Assembly: GCA_965112735.1 (NCBI GenBank)
Contig: OZ218957.1
Location: 2,852,001 to 2,916,000, forward strand
Direction of reading: 5' to 3'
DNA length: 64,000 bases
Source of the DNA: Phaeosaccion multiseriatum
Lineage: Eukaryota > Protista > Ochrophyta, other classes
Numbering within the stretch: position 1 is the stretch's first letter; each line of letters opens with the position of its first letter. Below, one piece after another: positions 24,924 through 37,860 of this stretch. The translations under genes were made by a program, and so were the position numbers. The notes beneath the pieces were generated by a model. The model had not been told where the DNA came from, searched no databases, and saw only the letters and a list, made by a program, of their open reading frames with translations.

Positions 24924-25626
24924 CACACCGCGGCCTGTCTGCCCACAAAGGCCCACAAAGAGCCCAGGAGGCCAGTCCAAGAAGAGATGGCCGTATTACC
25001 AGATTGCAGCAGTAAAAGAAAGGACCAGCAGCACGCTCACCACCACAACAGGCAGTACAGGGAAGGCCAGAGAGATCGCCACGAGCGCGATGACCAGGAG
25101 CAGCAGAAGCGCATCCTTCTGCCCCTCTTATTTTTTTTTTCCCCCCTGTTTGGATAGTCTGGATGGGGGGTGGGAGGCGGAAAGCCTTGTCTTCTCCAGC
25201 TCAGTGGTGTCTGCTTGGATGATAGGAGGGAAGGGGAAACGGGTAAGAAGGAGGGGGGGGTGTATTAAGAAAAAATTGTCCTTCTGTTACACCCTTTAAG
25301 TGCCATCTATGGTTGTCTAAAAGTAATGGCTCACCGCCCCGGGGAACTTAGTCCCCGAGGTCGTATCCCTCCGATGCGTCAAGTCTCCCCATCGGAATAA
25401 AGTTGATACCAGCCAGGATCCTGTGTCGGATCGAGCGTTCGTGTCGGGCCCGCTGGAGCGCGACGGCCAATCGCCGCCAAAATCACTGCTCTCGTCGCTC
25501 CGACTCTCACCAATTGTACCCCAAGGTACCTCTCACAGTTGGCGGGGCGGTACCGCCGCCTTATCTTTCAAAAGGGCTGACGGGCTGACGGGCTGACGGT
25601 CCATTGGTAGTCCCCTGCTTCCCACT

Positions 25627-25650
25627 CTACTACTACTACTACTACTACTA

Positions 25651-25688
<38 letters not shown>
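25627..25688. repeat. (TAC)n microsatellite upstream of CPW-ankyrin copy 3
   Basis: Direct read. Confidence 0.9.
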
Positions 25689-25689
<1 letters not shown>

Positions 25690-25843
25690 CTGCTGCTTCT
25701 GCTGGTGGTGGTGCTGGTGCTCTTTTTTTTCTTTTCTCCTTCGCTGGTGGATATCGCTGGTGCTGCTGCTACTACTACTACTGCTGCTGCTGCTACTGCT
25801 GCTACAAGCGACATCACCTGGAAGGATCAGCCGAGGGGCGTAC

Positions 25844-26860
25844 ATGATGACCATGGAAGTGCAGAACTCGAAGAGGAAGAGGAAGGAACGGACGGAAAGT
25901 GATGTCGCGGGAACCGATGGAAGAACCGCTACTGTGCAAGACACCTACGTAGCCAGGGCGAAGGCCTTGGGGATGGAGGAGGTCCTGGGGAGAGTCGTGT
26001 CTCTTGTAGGGAAGGGCCACCACGTCTTCCTCGCCACCGTGTGTAAGGAGTGGCAGGAGCACTACAGCGCGGCGTATCCTTCACTCGAGACTTCTCTTCC
26101 AAGCGTGGTGGAGTCTGTCAAGCGCTTGCAGTGGGCGAAGGAATGTGGGTACGAGCTGAGTGTGGGCACTTTCAAGGCGGCCGCAGAGTACGGAGATGTG
26201 ATCGTGTGCGAGGAGCTTCATCGAATGGAGTGTCCCTGGGATGAAGAGGCATGTAAGGCCACTTTGAGGAATGCCAAGCATGGACTGCAAGTCCTCAAGT
26301 GGCTGCGATCAGGGGACCTACCCAACAAGCAACGACGTCCTTGGTCGGGTCTTGCGCTGGGTGAAGAAGCTGGCAAGTGCGGCAATGTGGAGCTTCTGGA
26401 GTGGCTGCTCTCCGACGAGTTTGAGGGCTATCCCAATTGTGCCGATATGTGGGTGGGGGCTGTGAAGGCAGGGCGCATTAACGTGCTGGAAATGCTTGTG
26501 CAGCACCCCAAGGTCAGAGCTCAGAGGGAGGCGGCTCAGGGATACGACCCGTGGAGGAATGGGCCTTTCTGGGCGGCCCACGCGGGCAACCTGGAAGTGC
26601 TGCAATGGCTTCATGCGAACGAGCGAGAGCTCTGCGAGTGGGACGTACACGTCTGCTGTAGCGCAGTGTATTTCGCCAAGAGCCTCTCTGTCCTGCAATG
26701 GCTCAGATCGGAGGAGGTCATGTGTCCCTGGGACAGCTGGGCGTGCCCACAGGTCATGAAAGACCTTCATGGTGATGCCTGGGACATAGCCCCTGCCGCC
26801 TTGGAGGAGATGAAGCAGTGGGTGCACACAAACGGACGGCCCTGTGAGTGCCAAGACTGA
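25844..26860 (+). CDS. F-box-like + CPW ankyrin-like repeat protein (copy 3, intact)
   Basis: Colinear paralog of 10798-11781 (SVVESxxRLxWA, GYELxVxTF, ECPWD, HGLxVLKWLRS, CPWDxWACP, WVHxNGxPCxCxD). The ORF extension before 25844 is repeat-derived. Confidence 0.87.
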   Translation: MMTMEVQNSKRKRKERTESDVAGTDGRTATVQDTYVARAKALGMEEVLGRVVSLVGKGHHVFLATVCKEWQEHYSAAYPSLETSLPSVVESVKRLQWAKECGYELSVGTFKAAAEYGDVIVCEELHRMECPWDEEACKATLRNAKHGLQVLKWLRSGDLPNKQRRPWSGLALGEEAGKCGNVELLEWLLSDEFEGYPNCADMWVGAVKAGRINVLEMLVQHPKVRAQREAAQGYDPWRNGPFWAAHAGNLEVLQWLHANERELCEWDVHVCCSAVYFAKSLSVLQWLRSEEVMCPWDSWACPQVMKDLHGDAWDIAPAALEEMKQWVHTNGRPCECQD

Positions 26861-27371
26861 CCCGGTTCAAATGGAAAGGGGATGAGCTCATCTCATGCAC
26901 TCTGCTGAGTGATGCGGTGTGCTTCAGTGCCGTCGTGCCGGCTAAGAAGACGCGTTTTGCAAGAATGACTAATTTATAATCAGTGGGACGTTCGTATTCT
27001 TATTCAAAGCGTGCCTTTTTTACAACACTCGACAGTTGTGACGTCTCAATGGAAAGGGGGGACAGCGCTGGCAATGATAGTGATAGGGGCTGTTGGCCCT
27101 CTCAAGTCTACGCCTCAACACTCGTGCTTGAGTCTGCTGACCGAATACCACAGCAAGTCCAACAAGCACAGCGAAACAAAAAGTACGAAGTTTAGAGTAT
27201 TGAGTATTGCAGTACGGAGACGCTGCATACCCCCCCTGGGAGAGGGAAGGGATCTGCGCCTCTATGTGTGTGCCTCTATCGGTGCTGGAAAGGGTCTAAG
27301 AAATTGAAAGTGCGTGCGTGCGTGTGTTATGTGTGTGTGTGTGTGTGTGTGCGTGCGCGTGTGTGTACCTC

Positions 27372-28494
27372 TCATCCCGCCGCCCGCCGCCCCGCCGAAC
27401 GGGTACTGCGCGGGTGCGAGCGTGACGCTCTCGTAGTGGCGCCGTAGCTGGCCTTGGGTGGCTGCCTCTTGGCCTTGCCTGCTACAGGAAGTCGCTTGGC
27501 TGCGGCCTTGCGGGACGGGGCTCCTGGCCCTGCTGTGGAGCCCCTCGTCTTCTTGCCCGCCTTGGTCTTAATCCCCTTCTCCTTGGCCCACTTTGCGGCG
27601 TTGTTCTTGGCAGTCTGTCTCTTTTCAGCCTTGCTGGCGGGGGTCGGTGGCAGCCCTGCTGATGGTGAGGGAGTCGCGGGAGTGGATGCTGACGGCAGCA
27701 CTGACGGCTCCACCACCATCCCCGCCTCGTCCTGCTCCTTCTTCGTCATCCTTGCAGCCTCGAGGCTTGCCTTGGCCGCTGCCAGCTGACTCTCCACCTC
27801 CACGATCGTGCTCCTCCGCCGCACCAGTTTGGCGTCCAGCTTGGTCAGCTCCTCGGTTCTTCTGGCATGGAGGGAGGCTGTGTGAAGGGCTTGGAGCTGC
27901 GCATCGACGGAGCGGGACAGACCGAGGCCCTGCTTGGCAATACGAGAGGGGGAGTGAAGGAGCACGGGAGGGGAGGAAGGGGAGGGGAGGGGAGGGAAAG
28001 AGGAAGGGGATGTTAGTGCTCCCCCCCTCTCTCTCTTCGCTCCGTGATGCCCTGCCGTTGTTGCTTGGCCTGGCAAAGGTGCAACCCCCGTGCCTTGTCT
28101 GCTCAGCCGTAGGACACACGCACCTCCAGGTTTTTGCCGTCCACCCACGCCGTGATGAGCGAGCCGATGGTGGAAGCGCCAGTTGCATGCTCAACGCGGC
28201 GGTCGAAGCTCCCGTCTACTCCCTGTAGTACTTGCGACTGGTGTGGGAAACAATCGGAACACACAGCAAACAAAAATGTGAACACTCAGCAAGCAGAGCT
28301 TGATCATGGGGGCAGTTCCGACACTATCAATCTAACAAGCCTTCACACAGAGAGACAGAGAGAGAGAGTTTGTGAACACATTTTCCTCATACCGGTCTCA
28401 GGTGTCCATTCTTGCCCTCCCCGTATGCTCTCAGCACATCGAGGATGTGTGCCTCCTTTCCAGTCTCCTCTTCCCTACTGATGAGCCCACCCAT
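27372..28494 (-). CDS. Hypothetical protein with N-terminal MGGLIS (myristoylation-like), coiled coil and basic tail
   Basis: Exons ~28494-28393, 28223-28124 and 27930-27372 splice in frame (MGGLISREEE...HLRP|GVDGSFDRR...KNLE|GLGLSRSVDAQ). Confidence 0.5.
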
Positions 28495-28675
28495 TTTTTA
28501 TTGGAAAAAGAGAGTGGAAGAAGAAAAATCGGTTACTTTTTTGTTGACTTCTGCGGGCATGCCCCCCCCCCCGAGCTGCACCCGTTCTGTGCTGTGGAGG
28601 CGTCAGGTCAATTGAAGGGGCGAAGAACCGGAATTAAGGGGGTTCGGAGGAGGCGGCAGAGCAGATTAGTCAGTC

Positions 28676-30281
28676 ATGAGTGTCAGCATCAAAGTTGCCG
28701 TAAGATGTCGGCCCTTCACCATTGACGATGATCTAGGAGTGGAGCTGGCTCAAACGGGTAATGCAGTTCAGAGGGAGGTGGCCCATACTCTAGTGGAACG
28801 TTTAAATCGTTAGCTGGGAAGGGAAAGGGAGGACGCAGGGCTGGGAGGATGATATGATATCTCTGAGACAGAGGGCCAGTCCGGAGTCGGGCTGGAAGGA
28901 TCGGCTGCTGTAGCATACAAAGACCATGGAATCGTTGGACTCCAAAGCCTCTGTTCTCACTTTGCCTTTTCTTCTCTGTTGTTTCTCGCTTGACTCTCTC
29001 ATTCCCTACTCGACTCTCTGTACCTGCGCTCCCTCCTTCCCCTCTTCCTCTTCACGCCCTATGCCCTCTTTGTCTTGCCTACTTCACTCCAGGTGACGAA
29101 GAGGGAGAGATCAACATCCTCAACTCCACTTATAGTACCACTCGCTTCCCCTTTACATACGCCTGGTGGTCTGCCTACGGCTACCAGAGGCATGCCCAAA
29201 AAGACCTTGAGAAAGCGCAGGCCATGAAGCTGGTCAACCAGGAGGCGGCCTACGACGCAGTGGGAATGAAGGTCAAGGCCGATCTCATGACGGGCAATGC
29301 AGTGGTGCTTTTCGCCTATGGCTTGTCTGGCTCGGGAAAGACTTTCACGGTACGCGAGGGAGGCTTCAAATCAAAGAGAGGCGGAGAGACATAGAGGGAG
29401 AGAGAAGGACATCGCCGTCACCCACTCATCGCCGCATGTTCTTCACCCCCTCTCTCCCCTCTCACCTGCCAGCATGCCTCTACCTTCCCTTCCATCCACT
29501 GCCATAGGTGTTCGGTCCGGACGCTCCCGATGCCCCGGAGGCATGGTACAAGCACAGCGAGCCGCATCCTATGTGGGGCATCTTTCCCAGGCTGGCCTAT
29601 GAAGTCTTTAAGGAGAAGAAGGTTTGTCTCTTCTTGCCTATTCCACACACTCCCAACCCAAGCTGGATCAATCTCCCCTCCTCTCTCCTCCCTTCACTAC
29701 CCCACTCTCCCTCTCACTCTGACCCTCATGCTCACCCGGCTCCCTCTCCCTCTGATCCCCTCCCCTCCCCTCCCCTCCCCTCCCGTCCTCTCCTCCTCCA
29801 GGACGGCTGGAAGATCAGCATGAAGTACTTCCAAAACGTTGTGGACACGGTGCGAGACCTCATGAGCCCTGTGGCCAAGGAAGCGCATTACAGGTCAGGC
29901 ATGCGCAAGGACGCGGACGGGTTCATGGACATAGATTGGACATCCAGCCAGGTCAGTGGGGTTTCACAGATGGCAGTCAGTGGGTGGGTGGGTGGGTGGG
30001 GGGTAGATAGCTAGATGGATAAATGGGTAGATGAATGGATGAGGATTTGACTTCGTGAGAGAAGGACCAGCTGACCCACTTGCTCTTACCCTGCTCTACA
30101 GGTGCTCAGCAGCTGGGAGGACCTGCGGAAAGCCTTCACCTCCGCCAACGCGAGGAAGGCCATCGCCCCCACGCAATTCAATCACCAATCCACCAGGGGA
30201 CACTGCATCATGACCCTTGTACGTGTGGGTGGGTGTGTGCGTAGATATCCCGCAATCCTCGCTCTCTCTAACCCTCTCTCT

Positions 30282-30328
<47 letters not shown>

Positions 30329-31789
30329 GTCTCTCTCTCTCTCCTTCTAACTCTCCCCCTCTCTCCCTCTCTCCCCCTCTCTCTCCCTCCCTCTCTAAAG
30401 GAGGTGGAGATGCCTCACCCCGACAACCCGGCCCTAAAGCAAAAGGGCAGGGTATACGTGTGCGATTTGGCGGGAACTGAGCCCGCTGGTGATATCGTGT
30501 ATGCCAACTATGAGAAGAAGGTGCGCGTCTCCCCTCCTCTTCCCCCTCTTCCTTCCTATCTCTCATCTTCCCTCTTCGTCCTATTCCTTCATGTGCCTCC
30601 AGTCCACCCCTCTTCCTTCACCTTGCTTGCTCGCCCCTCCTCTTCCTTCCTCTTTCTCGGACGCCCTTGTTCCTCTCCTTATCCCCTTTCCGTAATGCTT
30701 TCCCCCTTTTTTTCTCCCTATCTCCCTTACCGTCTTGTTTACTTTTGGTCCTTCATACATTCTCTCACACTCTCACAATCACTCACTTCCAGGTGTTCGA
30801 CGACGGAGATGTGGAGTACAAGTACCTTGGGCCACATGAAGACATGCGCAAGACCAAGGAGCTGCAGAACCAGGTGCGTGGATGGGTGTCAGGACAGCGA
30901 GTGGGTGGGTGTCAGGACTGAGGATGAGTGTCAGCACAGAGTTGGGTGTTGCCCATACGCCTCCAGCATGCCCCACTCCTGCCATACGCCTCCACAAACA
31001 TGTCCCGCTAACATTCTTGCCCACCGCCCATACACCTCCAACACATCGTCTCTTTCAGGGCACCAAGATCAATCTGTCACTGTCCGAGATGGCGCAGTTC
31101 TTCATGAAGGTCAGTTTCAGTTGCAGTCCAAAACACCAATCAAGAGGCCTGTAAGCAAGGAGTAGGCATATGGGCAGGCGGCACGCTAGCAGTGAAGCAG
31201 TCAGTCAGACAGTTAGGCAGGCAGGCAGTCAGATGTCTTCCCTCCCCTCACCTCCTCAGGCCCACTCACTTCATGTGTCCCATGTCTACATCCCCTCCAT
31301 ACACTCTTCCACAGATGGCAGAGGCTGTGAAGAAGAACAAGCTCAAGCCGGGGGCCTCCATCCCCGGCAACAACTCGTACTTCCTCTGCAAGTACCTCAA
31401 GGACACCATGCTGCAGGTACAGTTTCAGTTTCAGTTTCAGTTTCAGTTTCAGTTTCAGTTTCAGTTTCAGCTCAGTTCATTTGACCGCGATACACACACC
31501 CACGCACACACACACACATATATATATATATATGCACACTACACCACAACTCCAAACAACAGGCGCGCACCTACCTGTTCTGCGCCATCCGTCCCGAAGT
31601 CACATATCACCGTTACACGTTCGCCACTCTGGGCTTTGCCAAGAACGCTTCAGTGGTCAAGCTACAGCCCAAGAAGGCTACGGTAGAGGCCACCGCGGCA
31701 GAGCGGAAGCTGATGGCGGAGCTCGACTCTATGAGATCACTTGTGGAGCAGCTTAAGATGCAGCTGGCTGTGGGGCCAGCAGGGGCCGC

Positions 31790-31823
<34 letters not shown>

Positions 31824-32677
31824 GAGGGGGAGGAAGAGGAGGAGGAAGGTGGGAGTGGGGCTGGTGCAGCAAAGGGTAAGGGTGCCGGCCTGCCTGAGGA
31901 GGGAGAGAAGAGGGCGGAGAAGAGGAAGAGCAAAGGCAAGCAGCCGCGCAGGAGCAGTGCGGGGAGTGGTGCGGGAGGTGATGCTGCTTCGGGAGTGGCA
32001 CGAGAGGAGTTCGCAAAGTTGCAAGCAATGCTGGAGGCCAAGCAGAAGGAGCTTGCCAAGGTTGTGGAAACGGGAGGGCCAGCCGAGGAGGAGAGGAGGG
32101 AGGACCCTATGCTGGCCCAGGTGAGTGAGGGAATGAACAAAGGGAGGAGAAGGAGGAGGAGAGGGAGGAGGAGGAGGGGTGTACCAGTAGTAGTAGTAGC
32201 AATAGAAGTGGTAGAAGTGACCCTTGCTCTTGCTCTTGCCCTTCCCTCTCCCTTGTGTGTATGTGTGTGTGTGTGGGTGTGTGCGCGTATGCGTGTGCGT
32301 GTGCATGTGTTGATGCATGGTGTGTCTGTGTGTGTGTGCGTGTGCGTGCGTGTGTGGTGCCCCTCTCCTTACCCCTTGCCCTTACCCTTGCCCCTTTGAC
32401 ACTTGCCCTAAAGCAACGCGAGGAGTACGGCGCCAGAGGCATCTCCCTGGCCTACTTTGAGGGCGAAACGGCATACCCGCACTTCATTAACTTAGACGAA
32501 GATCCCTTCCGCTCCAAGCGTTTCATGTACATTCTCGACAGGCCCACCACTGTCTTCGGACCCACCGGGGACATTCAGGTACATGCAGATGAGAGGGGCC
32601 AAGGACGAGAGCTCGGCCTTGGGTGTCGCAGTGGCATGGCCACCACCGCTTTGTTCTCTCAGGCCTTTTGCTCATGC

Positions 32678-32730
<53 letters not shown>

Positions 32731-35700
32731 TCTCTCTCTCTCTCTCTGTCTCTCTTTCTCTCTCTCTCTTTGTCTCTCTCTCTATGCGTTCGCTTTCGTG
32801 GGCGTGCGTCCGTGCGTGTGTGTGTGTCCTACACACCCTTTCCACATACACACACACACACACAGCCCCTGGCCCTGACGGTGGTGCGCAAACACTGCAG
32901 CGTAGACGTGTTCGAGGACGAGGAGGGGGCGGAGGCCGTACAGCTAAATGGGGGCAAGGGGGAGACCTTCCACAACGGGGTTAAGCTCAAAAAGACCTCC
33001 TCCGTTAGGCTCAAGCTTTACGATCGTGTGGCCATCGGAGGGGAGCTGTTGCTGTTCATTCAGCCGCAGGAGGTGGCGGAGGGAGGGGACGCAGCGGCAG
33101 GAGGAGCAGGTGGGGGTACAGTCACAGATGGCAAGAAGCAGAAGCAGGAGCACCAACAAGTACAGCCTCCGACGGCGGAGTTTGCCGTAGCGGAGTTTCA
33201 AAGGGCGTTGTCAAAGGCGCAGGGGAGGAGAGGCAGCGCGGAGTTCAATCAACTTGAGGAGAGATTAAGGGCCTTGCAGGAGGAGAAGGCGAAAGAGGTG
33301 GCGGCAGCGGTGGCAAAGGCGGTGGAAGAGGCGGAGCAAAAGGGGAGGGCCAACGGGGAGCAGTTGGTGATACAGCAGCAGCAGGAGCAGCAGTTGGTGG
33401 TACAGCAGCAGGTTCAGCAGGAGGAGGAGCACAAGAAGCAGCAGCAGTTGGTGATACAGGAGGCGGACAAGACTCGATTTCTGCAGGTGGTGAAGGCGGC
33501 GGAGACGGAGATGGAGATGCTCATCCCGCAAGTGGCGGAGGCGCAGAGGTATGTATGTTACGGCGTTAAGAACACCCCTTTAGGTACTACGTACATACTT
33601 ACTGACTTAGTAACTCACTTAATGGCGTCCTTCCTTTCTTTCTTTTCTCCTGACTTACTTACGTACTTAACCATTGAGTGACACATGATGTCTACGAGTC
33701 ACCATTTGAAGGGCCTTTTAGGTACTCACTCAAGCCTGTACAGAGGGAGTGAGGGAGGGAGGGAGGGGGGCTTGTACTTCACTGATAGTTGTCTACCCAT
33801 GCGCAACAACGGTGCTGCTTCCTACCCAATCTATACCTCCCCCTTGTACCCACCTAATACTTGCCTACCCACGAGGCACAAACCCATGTAACGCAACAGG
33901 CCCTGCTACTTGCTTCAGTCATACTTTCCCTTGCACTAACTAGGCCCCTGCTACTTACTCAGTCAAACTGTCCCTTGCGCTAACTAGGCTGCTGCTTGCC
34001 TACCCTCGTAATGCAACAACAGGTACTGCTACTTGTTCGCGAGGGAGCACATCCGCCTTGCCGTGGAGCTGCAGAAGCCTCATAACGATCTCAACGCCGT
34101 CAGGGCCATTGTAGAGGCAAGTCACTCTCTCTTTGTGCGTGTATGTTGTGTATGTATGTGTGTGTGTGCGTGCGTGCGTGCGTGCGTGCGTGCATGCATG
34201 CAAGAGTGTTACAGAGAGCGCTGAGTGTGCTCTGCCGATACAGAAAACACCTGAAAGAGTGTTCTCAAGCGTGTTCTCAAGCGTGTTCTCAAGCGTGTTC
34301 TCAAGAGTGTTCTCAAGAGTGTTCTCAAGAGTGTTCTCAAGAGTGTTCTCAAGCGTGTTCTCAAGAGTGTTCTCAAGAGTGTTCTCAAGAGTATTCTCAA
34401 GACTGTTCTCAAGAGTATTCTCAAGCGTGTTCTACTCGGCGAGGCGAGATGAGGCCTTACGCGCCCTCCCTCTGCACCGTTTCTTTACACACTCTCACTG
34501 CACTATCCACCCCCTTGTCACCCTCGGCACCGCCTTCTCTAACCCCTCTCCACCCCCTCGTCACCCACCATCCACCACCCCCCCAAACAGGTGCAGGACC
34601 GAGTGGCCGGCATCTTCGCCTACCTCGACGCTGCAGACTTCGAGCACTGCCATTCTATCCTCAAAGACGAAGTCAGTCGAGTCCGCTCGGCACTAGAGAG
34701 TGGCTCGAGCAACGGTTACACCGTGCCACGGCAGCACGATCCCGCTCGGTTGCTGTTCGACAGCACGTATCACCTCGGGACGGCAACGTTGTTCACAGAG
34801 CCGTTGTTGTATCATATGGAGACGGAGGAGGGCGAGAGGTTGAACGTGTTAAAGGGAGCGCAGGCACCGTACGGGGAGGTTGGGAAGGTTAGTTGATTGG
34901 TTGGTTGGTTGATGAAGTGGAGGGAGAGCGGGGTGGGAGGGAGAGTTGGGGGGGGGGAGGGAGGGAGGGAGGGGGAGAGTGGTGGATGAAAGGAGGAAGG
35001 GAGAGGGATATAGGGGGCTTGCTTCTTCCTTCCTCCCTTCTTTCCTTCCTTCCTCCCCTCCTCCCTCACACATCCACCTCCATCCATCCTACCTACTTAC
35101 CCGTCCACATCCTTGACCTACCTACCTTCTTATCCACCTTCTTGCTTGCTCTTCCCCTGCCCACCTTTACACTCCCTCCCTTCCTCACTCACTCACTCCC
35201 TCCCTCCCTCCCTCCCTCCCTCAGGTGGACGTGATGTGGACGCCGCTCTCTGGCCCCGACGGCGAAGAAGCCGATCTGAACACCTTAGACGAAGTTGATG
35301 ACCCCGCTAAGGACCTCGTGGGGCGACCTTGGACGTACCGCTGTGACATACGGGGGGCGGTGGGGCTCGCCATCGAGTGCAAGACGGCGTACTGTCAGTA
35401 CCAATTCATGGGGGAGACCTTTACCACGGGTGTCTTCGAGGCGGATGGGGGGGAGGAGGAGGAGGAGGAGGAGGGGGGTGACAAGAAGGGCGACAGTGGT
35501 AGCAATGGCAGTAGCAGTGGTAGTGGTTGTAATAGCAGCAGCGGTAGCAGCAAGGGGAAGGGGTCGTCGTCGCCAGTGTTGGACTACTCGTATATCCACC
35601 ATGTGGAGTGCGTAAGTGCGGCCATGGTGGAGGCTCTGTCGCAGCCGATGACCCTGTCTCTGTACGCCAGCTCGCAGATTTCCGTTCCGGCGCAGTCGAT

Positions 35701-36418
35701 TAGCACCAAGCACGAGACGGTGCGGGCGAGGTTTGATGCAGCGATGAAGTCCGCGGGAGGGGGGCTCGCTGTTGTGCTTGGAGGAGGAGGAAAGGCCGGG
35801 GGCGGGGGCGGTAACAGCAGCTCCACAGCACGGGGGGATAGTCAGGCGGCGGGAGTGGGAGTAGGAGGAGGAGGAGGAGGAGGAGGAGGAGGAGGAGGAG
35901 GAGGAGGAGGAGGAGGAGGAGGAGGAGGAGGAGGAGGAGGAGGTGAGCGGGGGGCTGGGGCGACCGCAAGGAGAGGCAGTGCGTCGTCTGTTCTCACCTC
36001 TGCGGCGGAGGTGGGCAAGCTGCGTGAGGAGAATGCGCGATTAAAAGCTGAGCTCCTCTCGGCGAACGCACTCATCGCAGAGCTGAGGGAGGGGAAAGAG
36101 GAGGCACGACGGCAACCAAAACCCCACCCCCTCCCCACAGGGGGCATGGTGAGTAGTGGTAGCGAGCCCGCCATAGTGAGGGTGTCCGCATCGTCCACGA
36201 CCGAGGCCCGACAGGCTCAGCAAGCTCAGCAGGCGCGATTGGACAAGAAAAGGCAGTCCATGGCGGACAAGCTGGATGAGATTGCGGGCAGTGGTAGAGA
36301 AGGTGATAGGGAAGGGGGGGGCAGTAGGGGCTCTGGGGGAACGAGTCGGCCCAAGGCGGAGCTGGAGGCGGCACAGTTCACAGATGGCGTGGTGGGGGAG
36401 ATGAAGAGCGGTCGGTGA
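28676..36418 (+). CDS. Divergent kinesin-3-like motor (motor + coiled coil + FHA + C2-like tail; KIF28-like architecture)
   Basis: About 16 exons. Motor motifs MSVSIKVAVRCRPF, FAYGLSGSGKTFT, GIFPR, NHQSTRGH, DLAGTE, GTKINLSL and TLGFA. FHA entry PHFINLDEDP. Tail YCQYQF...PVLDYSYIHHVE. Confidence 0.88.
34257..34433. repeat. 12-bp minisatellite (GTGTTCTCAAG[A/C]) x~14 in kinesin intron
   Basis: Direct read. Confidence 0.95.
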
Positions 36419-37022
36419 CGAGCCTTAATGTCTTGGATGAGGAAGGAAGGAAGGAAGGGAGTGAGGGAGCGTAGCAGGGAGGGAAGGAGGGAGGGAGGAA
36501 AGGAGAGATGGAGGGACAGATGGAGCAAGGGAGGGAGAAGGGAACACTTGAGAAGAGGGGTAGATGGTGCGGATGGAAACGGCTCCCTCTCTCTGACTCT
36601 CTGACTGTGTGTCGCAGTGCACTCTCCTCCCGAACAGCCAGAGTTGGTGCTCCGGCCTCCGTCCGCCATCCCACGCACTCCTCTCTGAATCTCTGTAGAG
36701 GTGACTCTCAGAGAGACTCCTTGACTTCTTCGGCTGTGCTTGTTTGCTTTGCTGGCTTACTTGCCACCGTATAGAGCGAAGAATGTATTTGCCCACTAGC
36801 CTCACGACTTACGGTATCACACCGCTTTTTGATTCATTAATTCAATCAGAAATATAAAACTGATCTGCAAATCCCTGCTGCCAGCCCTCGATGATGGTAC
36901 TTGCTCACCCCCCCTTCCTCCACACATACACACACTCATACACACGCACACACTCACACACACACATACACACACTCACACACACTCACACACACACACA
37001 AGCACACTCACACACATGCACA

Positions 37023-37058
<36 letters not shown>

Positions 37059-37342
37059 TACACTCAGTTTCATGTGTATGCACAATAAATACACATCCAC
37101 CATCGTCCATGGGCTCATCCGACCACTCACTCACTCAGTTACGTCTGCCGCGTCGTCGCAGGCAGGCAAACCTTCGCACGCACGAAGTAGTGTGGGTGGT
37201 GACATACTACCTTGAAGGTGGGCACCCCGCAGGCCAGTCAGTGGCTCTACAGCAGCTCGTAAGTGAGGTACCGTAAGGACCTCCTCGCTCGCCGGTGCTC
37301 CTTCCTTCCTTCCTTCCTTCCTCCGAAAAGGAGTAAGAAGAA

Positions 37343-37747
37343 TCAATGAAGGTTTCCTCGTTGAAAGTCATACTCGTGTCCTCGCTCTCGCATTTGAATG
37401 ACAAAACTCCTCCACACTTTTTCTCTCCTCTCTCCCCTCTCCTCGCTCTTGTCTAGAAAGTATCCTCTGTCGGTTCCAGCCCGCGTGATGATCTCCCAGA
37501 GTTGTTCCCGCTCCCCCGTCTCGATGAGCTCTTCGCCGACCTCGGAATTTAGATCATTTAGTTCCAGCACGGACTTCCGCACACATTCCCGGGCGGCTTG
37601 CTCGTCCGCCGCCGAAGCAATTGCGACCACGTAGCGGTCGAGGATCTCGCCACACCTGTTCACATGCTCTCGCGTGTACCCAGGCTCCGTGTCCCGCATG
37701 AATTGCAGCATGTTCTCCAGGAGGCTTTGTTTGAGAGCTTCGACCAT
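37343..37747 (-). CDS. Small acidic helical protein resembling an uncharacterised bacterial family; C-terminus probably replaced
   Basis: ORF MVEALKQ...PGYTREHVNRCGEILDRY...VLELNDLN...LIETGEREQLWEII...GY is intronless with no low-complexity inserts. Family resemblance is from memory only. Confidence 0.5.
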   Translation of the reverse strand: MVEALKQSLLENMLQFMRDTEPGYTREHVNRCGEILDRYVVAIASAADEQAARECVRKSVLELNDLNSEVGEELIETGEREQLWEIITRAGTDRGYFLDKSEERGERREKVWRSFVIQMRERGHEYDFQRGNLH

Positions 37748-37860
37748 GGACACTGCTTGCCTGACCAATGGACTCAGCTGAATTGCAGCATGTTCTCCAG
37801 GAGGCTTTGTTTGAGAGCTTCGACCATGGACACTGCTTGCCTGACCAATGGACTCAGCTG
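37701..37860. repeat. Perfect 80-bp tandem duplication
   Basis: 37701-37780 is identical to 37781-37860. Confidence 0.95.

Noticed and set aside
28478-28510. CTGATGAG hammerhead-like core
   Set aside because: No stem II followed by GAAA; it lies in an exon on the opposite strand
34133-34892. (CSQE)n/(VFSR)n repeat protein or CRISPR-like array
   Set aside because: A 12-bp head-to-tail minisatellite without spacers, inside a kinesin intron; no cas genes
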